From Trueperaceae bacterium (GTDB taxonomy: Bacteria; Deinococcota; Deinococci; Deinococcales; Trueperaceae), in contig OZ243956.1 in NCBI GenBank assembly GCA_965214405.1, positions 3,200,001 through 3,264,000 on the forward strand: a DNA stretch of 64,000 nt, written 5' to 3'. Below, piece by piece: positions 20,758-30,471 of the stretch (positions are counted from its first letter, which is position 1; each line of letters starts with the position of its first letter). The notes below the pieces were generated by a model that made no database searches, was not told where the DNA came from, and worked only from the letters and a program-made list of their open reading frames with translations. The translations under genes were made by a program, and so were the position numbers.

Positions 20758-21531
20758 CTAACGCCCCCCGTCAATGGAGAGCGTCTGCCCGGTCACCCAG
20801 CCCGCCGCCTCGCTGGCGAAAAAGAGCACCCCGTTGGCGACGTCGTCGGGCGTGCCGAGACGCTTCAGGGCGATGTTCTGCAACAGTCGTTCCTGTCCTT
20901 CTTCGCCGTAAGCCTGCCACTGCCGCTCGGTCGTCGGGTTCGAGCGCACGAACCCTGGCGCGACGCAGTTGACCGTCACGCCCCAGGGTCCGAGTTCGTG
21001 CGCGAGTTGCTTTGTCAAGCCGATGAGCCCCGCTTTCGCCGCCGCGTAGGCCTGAATCCCGGTTAAGCTCACGCCTAACCCCGCGCCGCTCGAGATGTTC
21101 ACAATCCGCCCGCCCGCGCCTTTTTCTCCAGCCTTGAGAAAGGGCGCGGCGGCCTGACTCAGCCAGAACGCGCCGTCTAGATTTACGGAAAAAATCGCGC
21201 GCCAGTCCCCTTCCGGTACCTCCTCGAGCGGCCTCCCGACCTGCCCCAGCACGCCGCCCGCGTTGTTGACGAGCACGTCGATTCGGTTTGTATCTTTTAC
21301 CGCTCGCCCAACAAATGCCCCCACCGCGTCGCGGTCGGTCACGTCGAGGTGAAAAGTCGAGAGGCTGCCGACCTCCCGCCCGAGCCGTTCGGTCTCTTGT
21401 AGCGACTCCGTAAGCACGTCGCCCCCATAAACGTTCGCGCCGAGTCGGGCAAAGGCGAGGGCGATAGCGCGCCCGAAGCCGTGCGCGGCCCCCGTGACGA
21501 GCACCGTCTTATCGTCAAAGCGAAGCTGCAT
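20758..21531 (-). CDS. Short-chain dehydrogenase/reductase (SDR)
   Basis: TGAAHGFG, NNAG, YAAAK, VNCVAPG, IDGG. Confidence 0.92.
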   Translation of the reverse strand: MQLRFDDKTVLVTGAAHGFGRAIALAFARLGANVYGGDVLTESLQETERLGREVGSLSTFHLDVTDRDAVGAFVGRAVKDTNRIDVLVNNAGGVLGQVGRPLEEVPEGDWRAIFSVNLDGAFWLSQAAAPFLKAGEKGAGGRIVNISSGAGLGVSLTGIQAYAAAKAGLIGLTKQLAHELGPWGVTVNCVAPGFVRSNPTTERQWQAYGEEGQERLLQNIALKRLGTPDDVANGVLFFASEAAGWVTGQTLSIDGGR

Positions 21532-21678
21532 GAGGCCCCGTTTGCAGCTCGAGCCCCCGCCCGCGCATGGCTTCAAGGTGCGCGCGGTTCGCGTCGACAA
21601 AGGTCACGTCTAGTCCTGAACGCGCTGAGGATGTACCGACCGTCCCGCCGACGGCCCCCGCGCCCCAAACGAGAAGCG

Positions 21679-22377
21679 TCACCGCCACGGCCCTTCTAAA
21701 GCTTCCCTAACCTCCTCGACCCCCACGCGCCAGACCTCGTCCATCTGCTCATCGGGGCGCTCGTAACGTCCGCCGAACGAGCCGTCGCCCAACATCTCGC
21801 GCACTCCCGCCGCCGAAAGAAGGCGCATCTTTTCGGTGTCCACCATTCTTTTTTGCGTATCGGGTGAGCTGACGCCCTCGAGCCGCGTCCACGCGAACGC
21901 CTCCATCCACGACGCGTGCGAGGCTTCATTGTCTATCTCGCGCACTTTTTGGAGCGTCTTGGGCGCGTTCCACCAGTTGTGCCACTTCACCTGCACACCG
22001 TCGTGCTCGTTCATCCACTCCTGCAAAAAGGCGCTCCCGGCGCTGTTGCCGCCGTGGCCGTTGACGAACAACACGCGTTTGAAGCCCGTTCCGGCGAGGC
22101 TGCCTAAGATATCCTCGAGAATGTGGAGGTAGGTCTCGAGCCGTAAACTCACCGTGCCGGGATAGGCGAGGAAGTAGGGCGTAATGCCGTAGTTGAGCAC
22201 CGGGAAAACGGGCACATTCAGAGGCTCGGCGGCTTCGCGCGCGACGCGCTCGGAGAGGATGTTGTCGGCGCAGAGGCTTAAGAAAGCGTGCTGCTCGGTC
22301 GAGCCCAGGGGGACCACGGCGCGGTCGTCGCGCTCTAAATACCGTTCAACTTGTGTCCAGTTCATCGTCTCTATCAT
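21679..22377 (-). CDS. Creatininase-family amidohydrolase
   Basis: PLGSTEQH, D-x-I, PGT, VNGHGGN, HA-x-x-x-E; AGGAG RBS before ATG 22377. Confidence 0.88.
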   Translation of the reverse strand: MIETMNWTQVERYLERDDRAVVPLGSTEQHAFLSLCADNILSERVAREAAEPLNVPVFPVLNYGITPYFLAYPGTVSLRLETYLHILEDILGSLAGTGFKRVLFVNGHGGNSAGSAFLQEWMNEHDGVQVKWHNWWNAPKTLQKVREIDNEASHASWMEAFAWTRLEGVSSPDTQKRMVDTEKMRLLSAAGVREMLGDGSFGGRYERPDEQMDEVWRVGVEEVREALEGPWR

Positions 22378-22538
22378 GCGCGCTCCTTGGCAAAACACCG
22401 TTCGTTTATATAATCCATAAGAGGAGTGTAAGGGAGCAGAACCGCCAGGTAAAGCTCAGAAAGAGCGAGCCTAAGCGGGGCGGTCACTCGAGCTGCGGGA
22501 CGGGGTTGATGGGTGACCACCCTCATTCATTGGAACTG

Positions 22539-23849
22539 CTACCCCGTCCCCTCCTCTGGCAGCGCCTTGAAAAGTCGCCCCGCCTCATTGAGCGCCGTTC
22601 CTAGGGCGAGCCCAGGTCCCAGCCCTTTGACCGAAAGCACTTCCACGGTTTCGGGCAAAAGGAGCCGGGCGTAGCGCTCTTTGAGTTCGGCTAAACGCAG
22701 CTTGAACTCGAGTTCCAGCCCCTCCACCGACCCCTGCAAATCGCGGTTTTTCTGCTCGCGCGCTGCTAGGTTTGCTAACTCGCGCTTCACTTCCGAGGCG
22801 ACCTCCTCGAGGGTTTGCCGCGCCCTCACCAGGCTCGCCTGCCGCGCCGCGCCGACCCGCTCGGCGACGCGGGTGTCTAGCCTCACCTTGGTCTGCTGGA
22901 GGTCGAGCGCGCGGCTCCTCGTTTCTTTGCGCCTCGTCCGGAGGAGCGATTCAACCTGCTTGACCGCCGCCTCGACGCGCACCTGCTGGGTCTCGGCCAT
23001 CGCCTCGATTTCTTTGAGGAGCGTGCGGATGGCCTCTAAGTCTCCCAGAATCTCGTTGTCCGCGCCCGGCATACTGCCGCGCACCACCTCGACGCCGTAG
23101 GTGGCGCGCAAGTCGCCATTCAGCGCCTCAATAATGTTGTCGATGCGGTCGCGCCCGCTAAACTTGACGCGCGCGTCCTCGACGGAGGTGATGATGCGCA
23201 AGGTGAGGTAGCTCGCGTAGAGGCTCAAGATTTTCATGATGTTGCCGGGCGAACTCTGCTCGATAAAGACCGCGGGGTCGACCACGCGAAAGACGAGCTG
23301 CTGCGTCAGGGTTATAGACGCGTAGTCCGCGGTAAAGTTGGCGTCTTCTAGGTCGACCACCTGGTCGCGCTGCGACACGAGAAAAGGGACAAAGGTGTCA
23401 AACCGGTAGAGCCAGTTGCGACCGCTGTGCGCGCGCCGCCCGGTCGGCTTGCCGTAGCGGCAGACCACGCCCGCGTAGCCGTCGGGCACGTCCACTCGAG
23501 CGTTGCTCAAGTAGCGCCCGACAAAAACGAGTGCCCCCAAAATCAGCGCGGGAAACGCCAAAAGTTTGAGGAGCCCCGGCAGCAACACCAGCGTGAGCAA
23601 ACCCAGCGTGACGAGCCCGAGCCCCGACACGCGGCGTTTGTCGGGCATAAATGTCAAGATGCGCTCCTCGTCAACCGCGCTAAAGCGCTTCAGGTCGCCC
23701 TCGGAGACGCCGCGCTTGACCGCGCCCACCATCTGCTCGAGCTTGCGCCCCACCGCCGCCTCGACCTCGCGCGAGCCGCCCTCCAGAAGTTCGTCCAACG
23801 ACCCCCTGGCCTTTTCGCCCAGCCGCTCTCCCACCTCACGGTAACTCAC
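22539..23849 (-). CDS. SPFH (band-7/prohibitin) domain membrane protein with C-terminal coiled coil
   Basis: Two TM helices, then VDVPDGYAGVVCRYGK...FTADYASITL...FRVVDP...YGVEVV; long Glu/Arg/Ala-rich helical tail. Confidence 0.65.
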   Translation of the reverse strand: MSYREVGERLGEKARGSLDELLEGGSREVEAAVGRKLEQMVGAVKRGVSEGDLKRFSAVDEERILTFMPDKRRVSGLGLVTLGLLTLVLLPGLLKLLAFPALILGALVFVGRYLSNARVDVPDGYAGVVCRYGKPTGRRAHSGRNWLYRFDTFVPFLVSQRDQVVDLEDANFTADYASITLTQQLVFRVVDPAVFIEQSSPGNIMKILSLYASYLTLRIITSVEDARVKFSGRDRIDNIIEALNGDLRATYGVEVVRGSMPGADNEILGDLEAIRTLLKEIEAMAETQQVRVEAAVKQVESLLRTRRKETRSRALDLQQTKVRLDTRVAERVGAARQASLVRARQTLEEVASEVKRELANLAAREQKNRDLQGSVEGLELEFKLRLAELKERYARLLLPETVEVLSVKGLGPGLALGTALNEAGRLFKALPEEGTG

Positions 23850-25627
23850 GCGCGCACCTCCTCAGTTTTCTCAAGCCCAATTTTCTCAAGCCCAGTCTTT
23901 TCAACCCCAGGTTTTTCAACCTCAACCTTTTCAACCTCAATCTTCTCAAGCCCAGGGTTCTCAAGCTCGCGCGCTCTGGTTCTCACCTCTAACTCGTCCA
24001 CTTCACCCACCAAGCGGGCGATGGCGTTGACCTGGCGGCGCACCGCCTCGGGCGTGTACTTGACCTCGGCCCCGGAGCCCATCGGGATGCGCTCAAGCTC
24101 GCGGGTGAGGTCCGCCATCAGCGCCTGAACGTCGAGTTGGTAGTGCTCCAACGTCTTGCCCACCGTGCCCGCCTCCGTTTCGCCTTTCGTCTTGAGTTCG
24201 CCCAGCACCTCGCGCAAGCCGCTCTTTTGGAGCAGCGTCTCTATCACGTCGCCCCCAAAAAAGGCGCTCAAGTCGGCCCGGTCGGTCACCACCCGGCTCA
24301 CGCGCGGCAGTTCCGTCGCGGCCCCCTCCAGACGCGCCAAGAGGTCGTTTTGTTTTTGGATGTAGGTCTCGAGCGCCGCGCTCTTCACCCCCCGCGCCCG
24401 CACCTGCTCCTTGAGGGTCGAGACCTGCGAGAGCGCGGGCGCGAGGTACGAGGCGACGATGTTCTCTATCGCGGCCTCGCGCGCGCCGATAATCTGGTCC
24501 TGGATGGCCTTGTCCTCCAAGGTCGTCTTGATCGCGTCGATTTCGCTGATGATGCGCTCGACCTCCAACACGCCCAACGACACATCGGCAACCTTGGCGG
24601 CGATCTCTTCGGAAATCTCCTCCTCGGTAATGTCTTTGAGCGTGTCCGTCGCCTGCCGCACCCGCGTAATCGACGACACGAGCCCGACCGCCAGGGTGCG
24701 TAAATAATCGTCGCTGGTCAGGTTGCCCTGCGGCAGATGGTCCAACAAGGTGATGCCGTAGCCCTCGCCCAGGCTTTGCAGCTTGCCGAGCAGCGCCCGG
24801 CGGCGGGGCGTCGCGTCTTCGGCGAGGCCAAAGCGCGAAATGTCGAGTTCCGCGATGCTGGCGATTTTTGAAAGGAGTTCTACGCTGAGGTCGCTGCGCT
24901 CGAGCTCCGTCAGCCGCTCCGTGATGCTCTCCTCGTCGCCCTTGGGGATGCCCACCCGCTCGACCAAAAAGTGGTTGAAGTGGCGCGCCGACATCCTCAA
25001 CATCTCGTCCTTGATCACGCTCTCGAACAACTCTTGAAGCTGATTGCAGAAGGGCTCAAAGCCGCCGCGCTCGAGCAGCCTATACGTATCATGCACCTGC
25101 GCCACCAGCGCGCCCTTATACGTCAGGCTGATGTTGTCGCCCGTTGTCCCCTGGATGGGCGGCATATCTAGCACGAACGGCTTCGTCGAGACCGCGGCGT
25201 AGGGCCGCACGCGCGGGTCAATCACCGTGGCGCTCCCTCCCGGACGGAGCGTCCGCACGATGCGCTGGTGCTTGGTAAAATGCAACTCGACCCCCGGCTG
25301 TCCCCTGAAAAAGCCGCTTCTGACGAGCGTCGCGGCGAAGTAGAGCGCGTAGATGAGGACCGCGAGCCCGTACTGCAAGGGCGAAATAAGTTGCACGCTG
25401 CTAAACCTGTCAAGTTCGGGCACGCCGCCCAACCAGGCCAAGGGGCGCTGCAAAAAGAAGAGGCTCAGGATGAATAGAAAGCCAACCCCACGCAAAACCA
25501 GCGGAATTCTTTGTAAGTGTGCGCGCTCGAGGTAAGCGATCCCGACCGTTTCGCCCCCCTCATTCTGTTTGCCGATGCGCCTGAGCGCGTTCGTCATGCC
25601 CGTTTTGATTTCGGTAATCCCTAGCAT
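23846..25627 (-). CDS. Divergent SPFH-like membrane protein with long coiled coil and C-terminal pentapeptide repeats
   Basis: Two TM helices; RTLRPGG...TTGDNISL...V-x-D...YGITLL; stop overlaps the next ATG (ATGA-type coupling). Confidence 0.55.
   Translation of the reverse strand: MLGITEIKTGMTNALRRIGKQNEGGETVGIAYLERAHLQRIPLVLRGVGFLFILSLFFLQRPLAWLGGVPELDRFSSVQLISPLQYGLAVLIYALYFAATLVRSGFFRGQPGVELHFTKHQRIVRTLRPGGSATVIDPRVRPYAAVSTKPFVLDMPPIQGTTGDNISLTYKGALVAQVHDTYRLLERGGFEPFCNQLQELFESVIKDEMLRMSARHFNHFLVERVGIPKGDEESITERLTELERSDLSVELLSKIASIAELDISRFGLAEDATPRRRALLGKLQSLGEGYGITLLDHLPQGNLTSDDYLRTLAVGLVSSITRVRQATDTLKDITEEEISEEIAAKVADVSLGVLEVERIISEIDAIKTTLEDKAIQDQIIGAREAAIENIVASYLAPALSQVSTLKEQVRARGVKSAALETYIQKQNDLLARLEGAATELPRVSRVVTDRADLSAFFGGDVIETLLQKSGLREVLGELKTKGETEAGTVGKTLEHYQLDVQALMADLTRELERIPMGSGAEVKYTPEAVRRQVNAIARLVGEVDELEVRTRARELENPGLEKIEVEKVEVEKPGVEKTGLEKIGLEKTEEVRA
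23862..23970 (-). repeat. 15-bp coding tandem repeat (EK-x-[GE]-[LV] pentapeptide, about 7 units)
   Basis: ENPGL EKIEV EKVEV EKPGV EKTGL EKIGL EKTEE. Confidence 0.8.
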
Positions 25628-25918
25628 AAGGCTCCCTCGAGACTAGAGTTAGGACTAAAACGTAAGTCCAAAGTTAAGGCCAGACCCAAAGTGACTTCAC
25701 GTTTTATCTTAAAGGATTTGTGGGGATTTTCCTCAGCCAAAAGTTGGTCATGGCGGCGTGTTTGTAGACGACTGAGGTTAGGCAGTTTTTGGTGGGGCTC
25801 GAGGTGAGGAGCGGGAGAATAAAAAAGTGCCGAGTACCGAGTGAAAAGGGGTGAGTGGCGAGTAGAGCCTAAAGCCTTTTCTCCCTATGTCCTTCTCCCC
25901 ACCTCCCTTGCTTTTTGC

Positions 25919-26899
25919 TTACCCCTCGCGCCTCTGCGACACCTTGCGCCGCTCCGGCAGTTTGCCGTGCTCGTCCAACCACGCCAGCATCTCGCCTATA
26001 CTCCCCGTCGCCAGCCCGATCGAGGTGTCCGCCGCGCCGTAGTAGAGGTGCAGCGTGTCGCCGTCGTCGGCCACGGTGTAATCGCAGGGGAACACGACGT
26101 TGGGCACGTCGCCGACTCTTTCATAAGGCGCTTCGGGACCAAAAATCCACATGCTGCCCCGGCGGATGCAGACGGTGGGGTTGTCTAAGTCAAAGAGCGC
26201 TAATCCGGCCCGGTAGAGGCTACCCGAGGCGTGGTGGCGCACGCCGTGGTAGATCATGAGCCAGCCCGCAGGCGTCTCGATGGGCGGGGGCGAAAGCCCG
26301 ATTTTGTTGGCGTCCCACCAGGCACCCTGCCGGGCGCGCAAGACTTCTGTGGCGTTGCGCCAGCGGCGCAGGTCTTTAGAAAAGCTCATCCAGATGTTCG
26401 CGCTGCTCGGGGTGACGGGCCGGTGGACGAGCACCCAGTAGCCGTCAATGCGCCGCGGCAAGAGCGCCGCGTCTTTGTCCTCGGGGGGCATGATGGTGCC
26501 GTACCGCTCAAACGTCTTGAAGTCCTCGGTGAGCGCCAAAGACACGCCCGGCCCGCGAATCGAAAAGGCGGTGTAGACGACCGCGTAGCGCCCCTCCTCG
26601 GGCAAATAGGTGACGCGCGGGTCCTCGATGCCCCACGTCTCCTCCTCAAAATCATCCGGGTCGGGCAGCAGCGTGGGTTCGGGGTCAATTTGCCAGTTGT
26701 CAACACCATTTTGAGACCGCGCGGCGCAGAGGTGCGAGAAGCCGCGCCGGTCCTCGACGCGGCACAAGAGGAGGGTGGTGCCGTCTTGCAAGCGGGTCGC
26801 GCCGGGGTTGAAAATCGTGTGGGCGGGGTAAGGCCAGTCCGCCGCGCTTAGGATGGGGTTGTTCGGGTGCCTAATGAGGAGTTCGGGATAGGATGCCAT
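25919..26899 (-). CDS. GH130-family glycoside phosphorylase/hydrolase
   Basis: NPIL, IFNPGA, GIEDPRVT, EDKDAALLP, YHGV, VPNVVFPC, YYGAADT. Confidence 0.9.
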   Translation of the reverse strand: MASYPELLIRHPNNPILSAADWPYPAHTIFNPGATRLQDGTTLLLCRVEDRRGFSHLCAARSQNGVDNWQIDPEPTLLPDPDDFEEETWGIEDPRVTYLPEEGRYAVVYTAFSIRGPGVSLALTEDFKTFERYGTIMPPEDKDAALLPRRIDGYWVLVHRPVTPSSANIWMSFSKDLRRWRNATEVLRARQGAWWDANKIGLSPPPIETPAGWLMIYHGVRHHASGSLYRAGLALFDLDNPTVCIRRGSMWIFGPEAPYERVGDVPNVVFPCDYTVADDGDTLHLYYGAADTSIGLATGSIGEMLAWLDEHGKLPERRKVSQRREG

Positions 26900-26940
26900 A
26901 GCGTCTCCAAGGAATTAAAACGGGATTGGGGTAAACCAAG

Positions 26941-27990
26941 TCAGGGAGAATCGAGACGGTGTGAATCAAGACGGTGTGAATCAAGGATGTCCTTATATAC
27001 CTTGAGGTACCCCGCGACCATGTGACGAACTTCAAAGCGCCCTTGGGCGTAACGGCGCACCGCCGCGCGCTCGAGCGTCGCCACTTTAGGAAGCGCGTTC
27101 AAAGCTTCCTCTACAGCGTCTCCAGCCTCCACAATAAACCCGCTCAGCCCGCCTTGCACCACCTCCGGCACCGAGCCGCGCCGGGTGGCGATGATCGGGG
27201 TGCCGCAGGCCATCGCCTCGACCATGCTGAGGCCGAAGGGCTCGTCGAAATGAATGAGGTGCAAAAGGGCGTACGCGCCGCCCAAAAGTTTGTCGCGCTC
27301 ATCAGGACCGACCGAGCCGAGGTAACGAATTTTTTCATTGAGATGCGGCGCTATCTCCCGCTCAAAATACGTTTCGTCTTGGATGATGCCTGCCAACAGG
27401 AGGGGCATTCCGCTCCGCTGCGCCACCCGGACGGCGTCGGCGGCACCCTTGTCGGGGTGGATGCGCCCGAAAAAGAGCAGGTAGTCGCCGGGGTCGCGCT
27501 GGAGGGTGAACTCGCCAAAGTCGATGCCGTGGTAGACGGTCGCGGCGTAGCTGAGGGCGGGATAGCGGTCTGCGTTGCTGATGGAGACGTAGTGCGTGGT
27601 GCGGTCATAGCGCCTGTAAACGGGCAGGATGCGGGGGCTCGAGAACCCGTGAATCGTCGTCACGACGGGTGTGGTGACGAGGTCGCTAAAGCAGAGCGGC
27701 AAAAAGTCGAAGTGGTTGTGGATGAGGTCGAACCCATTCGCGCGTTCAAAGGCGTGCGCGATGTGCAGACCCTCCCAAACCTTGGCGTCGAGCGTGCGGT
27801 CCTCTTCGTAAGGGCGCGGACAGACGGCCTCCAAGCGAGTGCTCGTGAGCGAGTCCGCGGTGGCGAAGAGCGTCACCTCGACCCCCGCCGCCACCAGACC
27901 CTCGGTGAGGAGCGACACCACCCGCTCCCACGGCCCGTAGTGGCGCGGCGGCACGCGCCAGGCGATGGGGGCGAGCATCCCGACGCGCAA
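26941..27990 (-). CDS. Glycosyltransferase family 4
   Basis: APIAWRVPPRHYGPWE, FFGRIHPDKG, EPFGLSMVEAMACG; TTG start right after the upstream stop. Confidence 0.88.
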   Translation of the reverse strand: MRVGMLAPIAWRVPPRHYGPWERVVSLLTEGLVAAGVEVTLFATADSLTSTRLEAVCPRPYEEDRTLDAKVWEGLHIAHAFERANGFDLIHNHFDFLPLCFSDLVTTPVVTTIHGFSSPRILPVYRRYDRTTHYVSISNADRYPALSYAATVYHGIDFGEFTLQRDPGDYLLFFGRIHPDKGAADAVRVAQRSGMPLLLAGIIQDETYFEREIAPHLNEKIRYLGSVGPDERDKLLGGAYALLHLIHFDEPFGLSMVEAMACGTPIIATRRGSVPEVVQGGLSGFIVEAGDAVEEALNALPKVATLERAAVRRYAQGRFEVRHMVAGYLKVYKDILDSHRLDSHRLDSP

Positions 27991-27991
27991 A

Positions 27992-30262
27992 TTAGCCCTT
28001 GGCGAGCGTGAGGAGAGGTTTAGGCCGCTCGGTGAGTTGAAGCTCGAGCGACGCCAGCAAGAACGCCAATGTAGACTCCGCGCCCTGATTTTCGTTCGTG
28101 CGGTCCGGGTGGAGGCCGTCGCGGCAGCCGCCGGTGGTGGGGTCGTAAAGGGGCAAGCCAAGGTCATTGCGGCCCAAGAACCAGGCAAAGGTCCCCTCCG
28201 CCTCCCCGTACCAGCGCGCGTCGCCTGTGGCGCGGTAGGCCTCCAAACAAGCCGACACCGTCGCGTAGGCCTCGATGGGCTGCTGGTCGAAGGGGGGCCG
28301 GTCATCGCCGCGTTGGTACACCCGGTCCGAGCCGATGGGTGCGGCGTGACCCTCGGGGGCGCGCTGCTGCTCGAGCAGCCACGAAAGCGTCTCCAGTCCC
28401 ACCGCCGTCAGGGCCGCGTCCTCAGTCACCCGACCAAAGGCGAGAAGGCCGTGCGGCAGTTTGGCGTTGCTGTACGACAAAAGCGTCTCGAACCAGGGCC
28501 AGTCAGGGGAGGCCGACGCCTCGTAACGCGCCACCAAGCGCGCGGCCAACGTGTTACCCAAGTCCTGAACGTGCGCGTCGCGCCGCGAAAACTCTAGGCG
28601 TTCGGCCAGCGCCATCAAACCGAGCGCCCAGGCTCTGGGGGAGGAGAAATCCGCCAGCGCGGGAAGCGCCCGCTCAAAAAGCCCTTCGGCGGCGCGGCGT
28701 TGGCCTCTGTCCTGGCTGTAACGCAAGAACGTGGCGAGCGCGCGCAGAGCCCTTGCGTGCGCGTTCTCCGCGCCGACGCGCTCGAGCCAGGTGCGTTCAA
28801 AAGACATAAAGTTGCGGAATCTGCCCGTGGGCGCGTCAAACGCGTGTACTAGAAAAGCCAAATAGCGCCCGCTGAGGTCGCGCAGCGCCCGCGCTTGGTC
28901 GGGCAGGAGGGGTTCTGAAAGCGCCGCGGCCATGAGCGCTCGAGCGTTGTCGTCGGTGGTGTAGCCCTCATGGCGGTTGGGCACGGTAAAGGTCGCGTGC
29001 TGGAACACGCCCGTGTCATCGGACAGGGTGAGGAGGTGACCCAAGTCGAGAGGCGGGGGCTTGGCGGCACCTCCTCGTCCGTCTCCTTTTGTGGCGGACG
29101 CGCGCCACTGCGCCGCGGTTTGCGCGAACGCGTCCCAGTAAGCTTGCGCCACGCTGGGCCAGGTCATCGTGCGGCCAAAGCGGTAGGCTCGAGCCTGCAA
29201 CGCCGCGCGCGCGGCGTCATCGTTAAAAAGATCGTTCACCGCCGCCGACACTGCGCCCGCATCCCGAAAAGGCACGAGCACGCCGCGCTCATCTGCCAGG
29301 AGTTCTTCGGCGTACCAGTAGGGCGTCGACACGACCGCCTTGCCCATCCCCAACGCGTAAGCGAGCGTGCCTGAGGTGATTTGCTCCCTGGTAAGGTAGG
29401 GCGTGATGTAAATGTCGGCTGCTTCAATGTACCGAATAAGCTCTTCCAAAGAGACAAAGCGGTCGTCAAAACGGACGCGCGCGCCCACGCCGAGGGCGTC
29501 TGCAAGTTTTACCAAGCTCTCGCGGTAGCGCTCCCCCTCGTGCGCCAGCACGTGCGGATGGGTCGCGCCGAGCACGATGTAGACCACGTCCGGGTGCCGC
29601 GCGATAATCTCGGGCAGCGCCTCTATCACCGTTTCGACGCCCTTGTTTTGCGACAGCAGGCCAAAGGTGAGGAGCACCCGCTTGTCCGCCACGCCAAAGG
29701 CTGCTTTGAACGGACTTACGTCCACAAAAGGCGCGTCGGGGATGCCGTGGTGGATAAGCATGATTTTCGACTCGGCGACGCCGTAAATGTCTCGCAAGAA
29801 GTCCGCGCCGCGCTGGCTCATCACCACGAGCCGTTCCGAGCGGCTGCAAAGCTCGTCCATCACGCGCCGCTGCGCCGTGTCGGGCCGGTCCAAAACGGTA
29901 TGGAGCGTGGTCACCACGGGCAGGTTGAGCTCGCGCAGCAGCGGCAAAACATATGAGCCCGCCGGACCGCCGAAGATGCCGAACTCGTGTTGCAAACTCA
30001 CCAGTTCGGCCCCGCTCAGGTTCAAAACGTCCGCCGCGCGACCGTAGTCGCCCAGGTCGTGCTGCGCGACGGTGTGGCGGACGCGCTTGGGGTACGCGTA
30101 ACCCTCGGGGCGGTCGTTCATCGCCACGACGAACACGTCCGCCTCTACCCGCGCCGCCCCCAGCGCCTCCGCGAGGTCGGTCGTAAAGGTGGCGATGCCG
30201 CACTGGCGCGGCGTGTGGTTGCCGATAACAGCCACGCGTTTAAGCTTAGAGTGACGCACCAT
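27992..30262 (-). CDS. GT4 glycosyltransferase fused to a C-terminal alpha/alpha-toroid (glycosidase-like) domain
   Basis: PRQCGIATFT, QHEFGIFGG, QITSGTLAYA; C-terminal GYTTDDNARAL, FDQQPIEA, NQGAESTLAF. Confidence 0.85.
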   Translation of the reverse strand: MVRHSKLKRVAVIGNHTPRQCGIATFTTDLAEALGAARVEADVFVVAMNDRPEGYAYPKRVRHTVAQHDLGDYGRAADVLNLSGAELVSLQHEFGIFGGPAGSYVLPLLRELNLPVVTTLHTVLDRPDTAQRRVMDELCSRSERLVVMSQRGADFLRDIYGVAESKIMLIHHGIPDAPFVDVSPFKAAFGVADKRVLLTFGLLSQNKGVETVIEALPEIIARHPDVVYIVLGATHPHVLAHEGERYRESLVKLADALGVGARVRFDDRFVSLEELIRYIEAADIYITPYLTREQITSGTLAYALGMGKAVVSTPYWYAEELLADERGVLVPFRDAGAVSAAVNDLFNDDAARAALQARAYRFGRTMTWPSVAQAYWDAFAQTAAQWRASATKGDGRGGAAKPPPLDLGHLLTLSDDTGVFQHATFTVPNRHEGYTTDDNARALMAAALSEPLLPDQARALRDLSGRYLAFLVHAFDAPTGRFRNFMSFERTWLERVGAENAHARALRALATFLRYSQDRGQRRAAEGLFERALPALADFSSPRAWALGLMALAERLEFSRRDAHVQDLGNTLAARLVARYEASASPDWPWFETLLSYSNAKLPHGLLAFGRVTEDAALTAVGLETLSWLLEQQRAPEGHAAPIGSDRVYQRGDDRPPFDQQPIEAYATVSACLEAYRATGDARWYGEAEGTFAWFLGRNDLGLPLYDPTTGGCRDGLHPDRTNENQGAESTLAFLLASLELQLTERPKPLLTLAKG

Positions 30263-30471
30263 AACCCCCTTTGGTCGCATTGACGACACCAGCGCACCGG
30301 TAAAATCGTGGATGTGCGCTCGAGTTCTGCTATGTTTACTTTTTCGTGGCTCACCCCGCCGCAGGGTGATTAAAAGTTCATCTTATAGGATAGTAGAAGA
30401 TCTTAATGAAGGACGAAGAACATTCGTGGAGCCACCGCGAAGGCAAGGAAGTCCAAAGCCTCAACACAACC

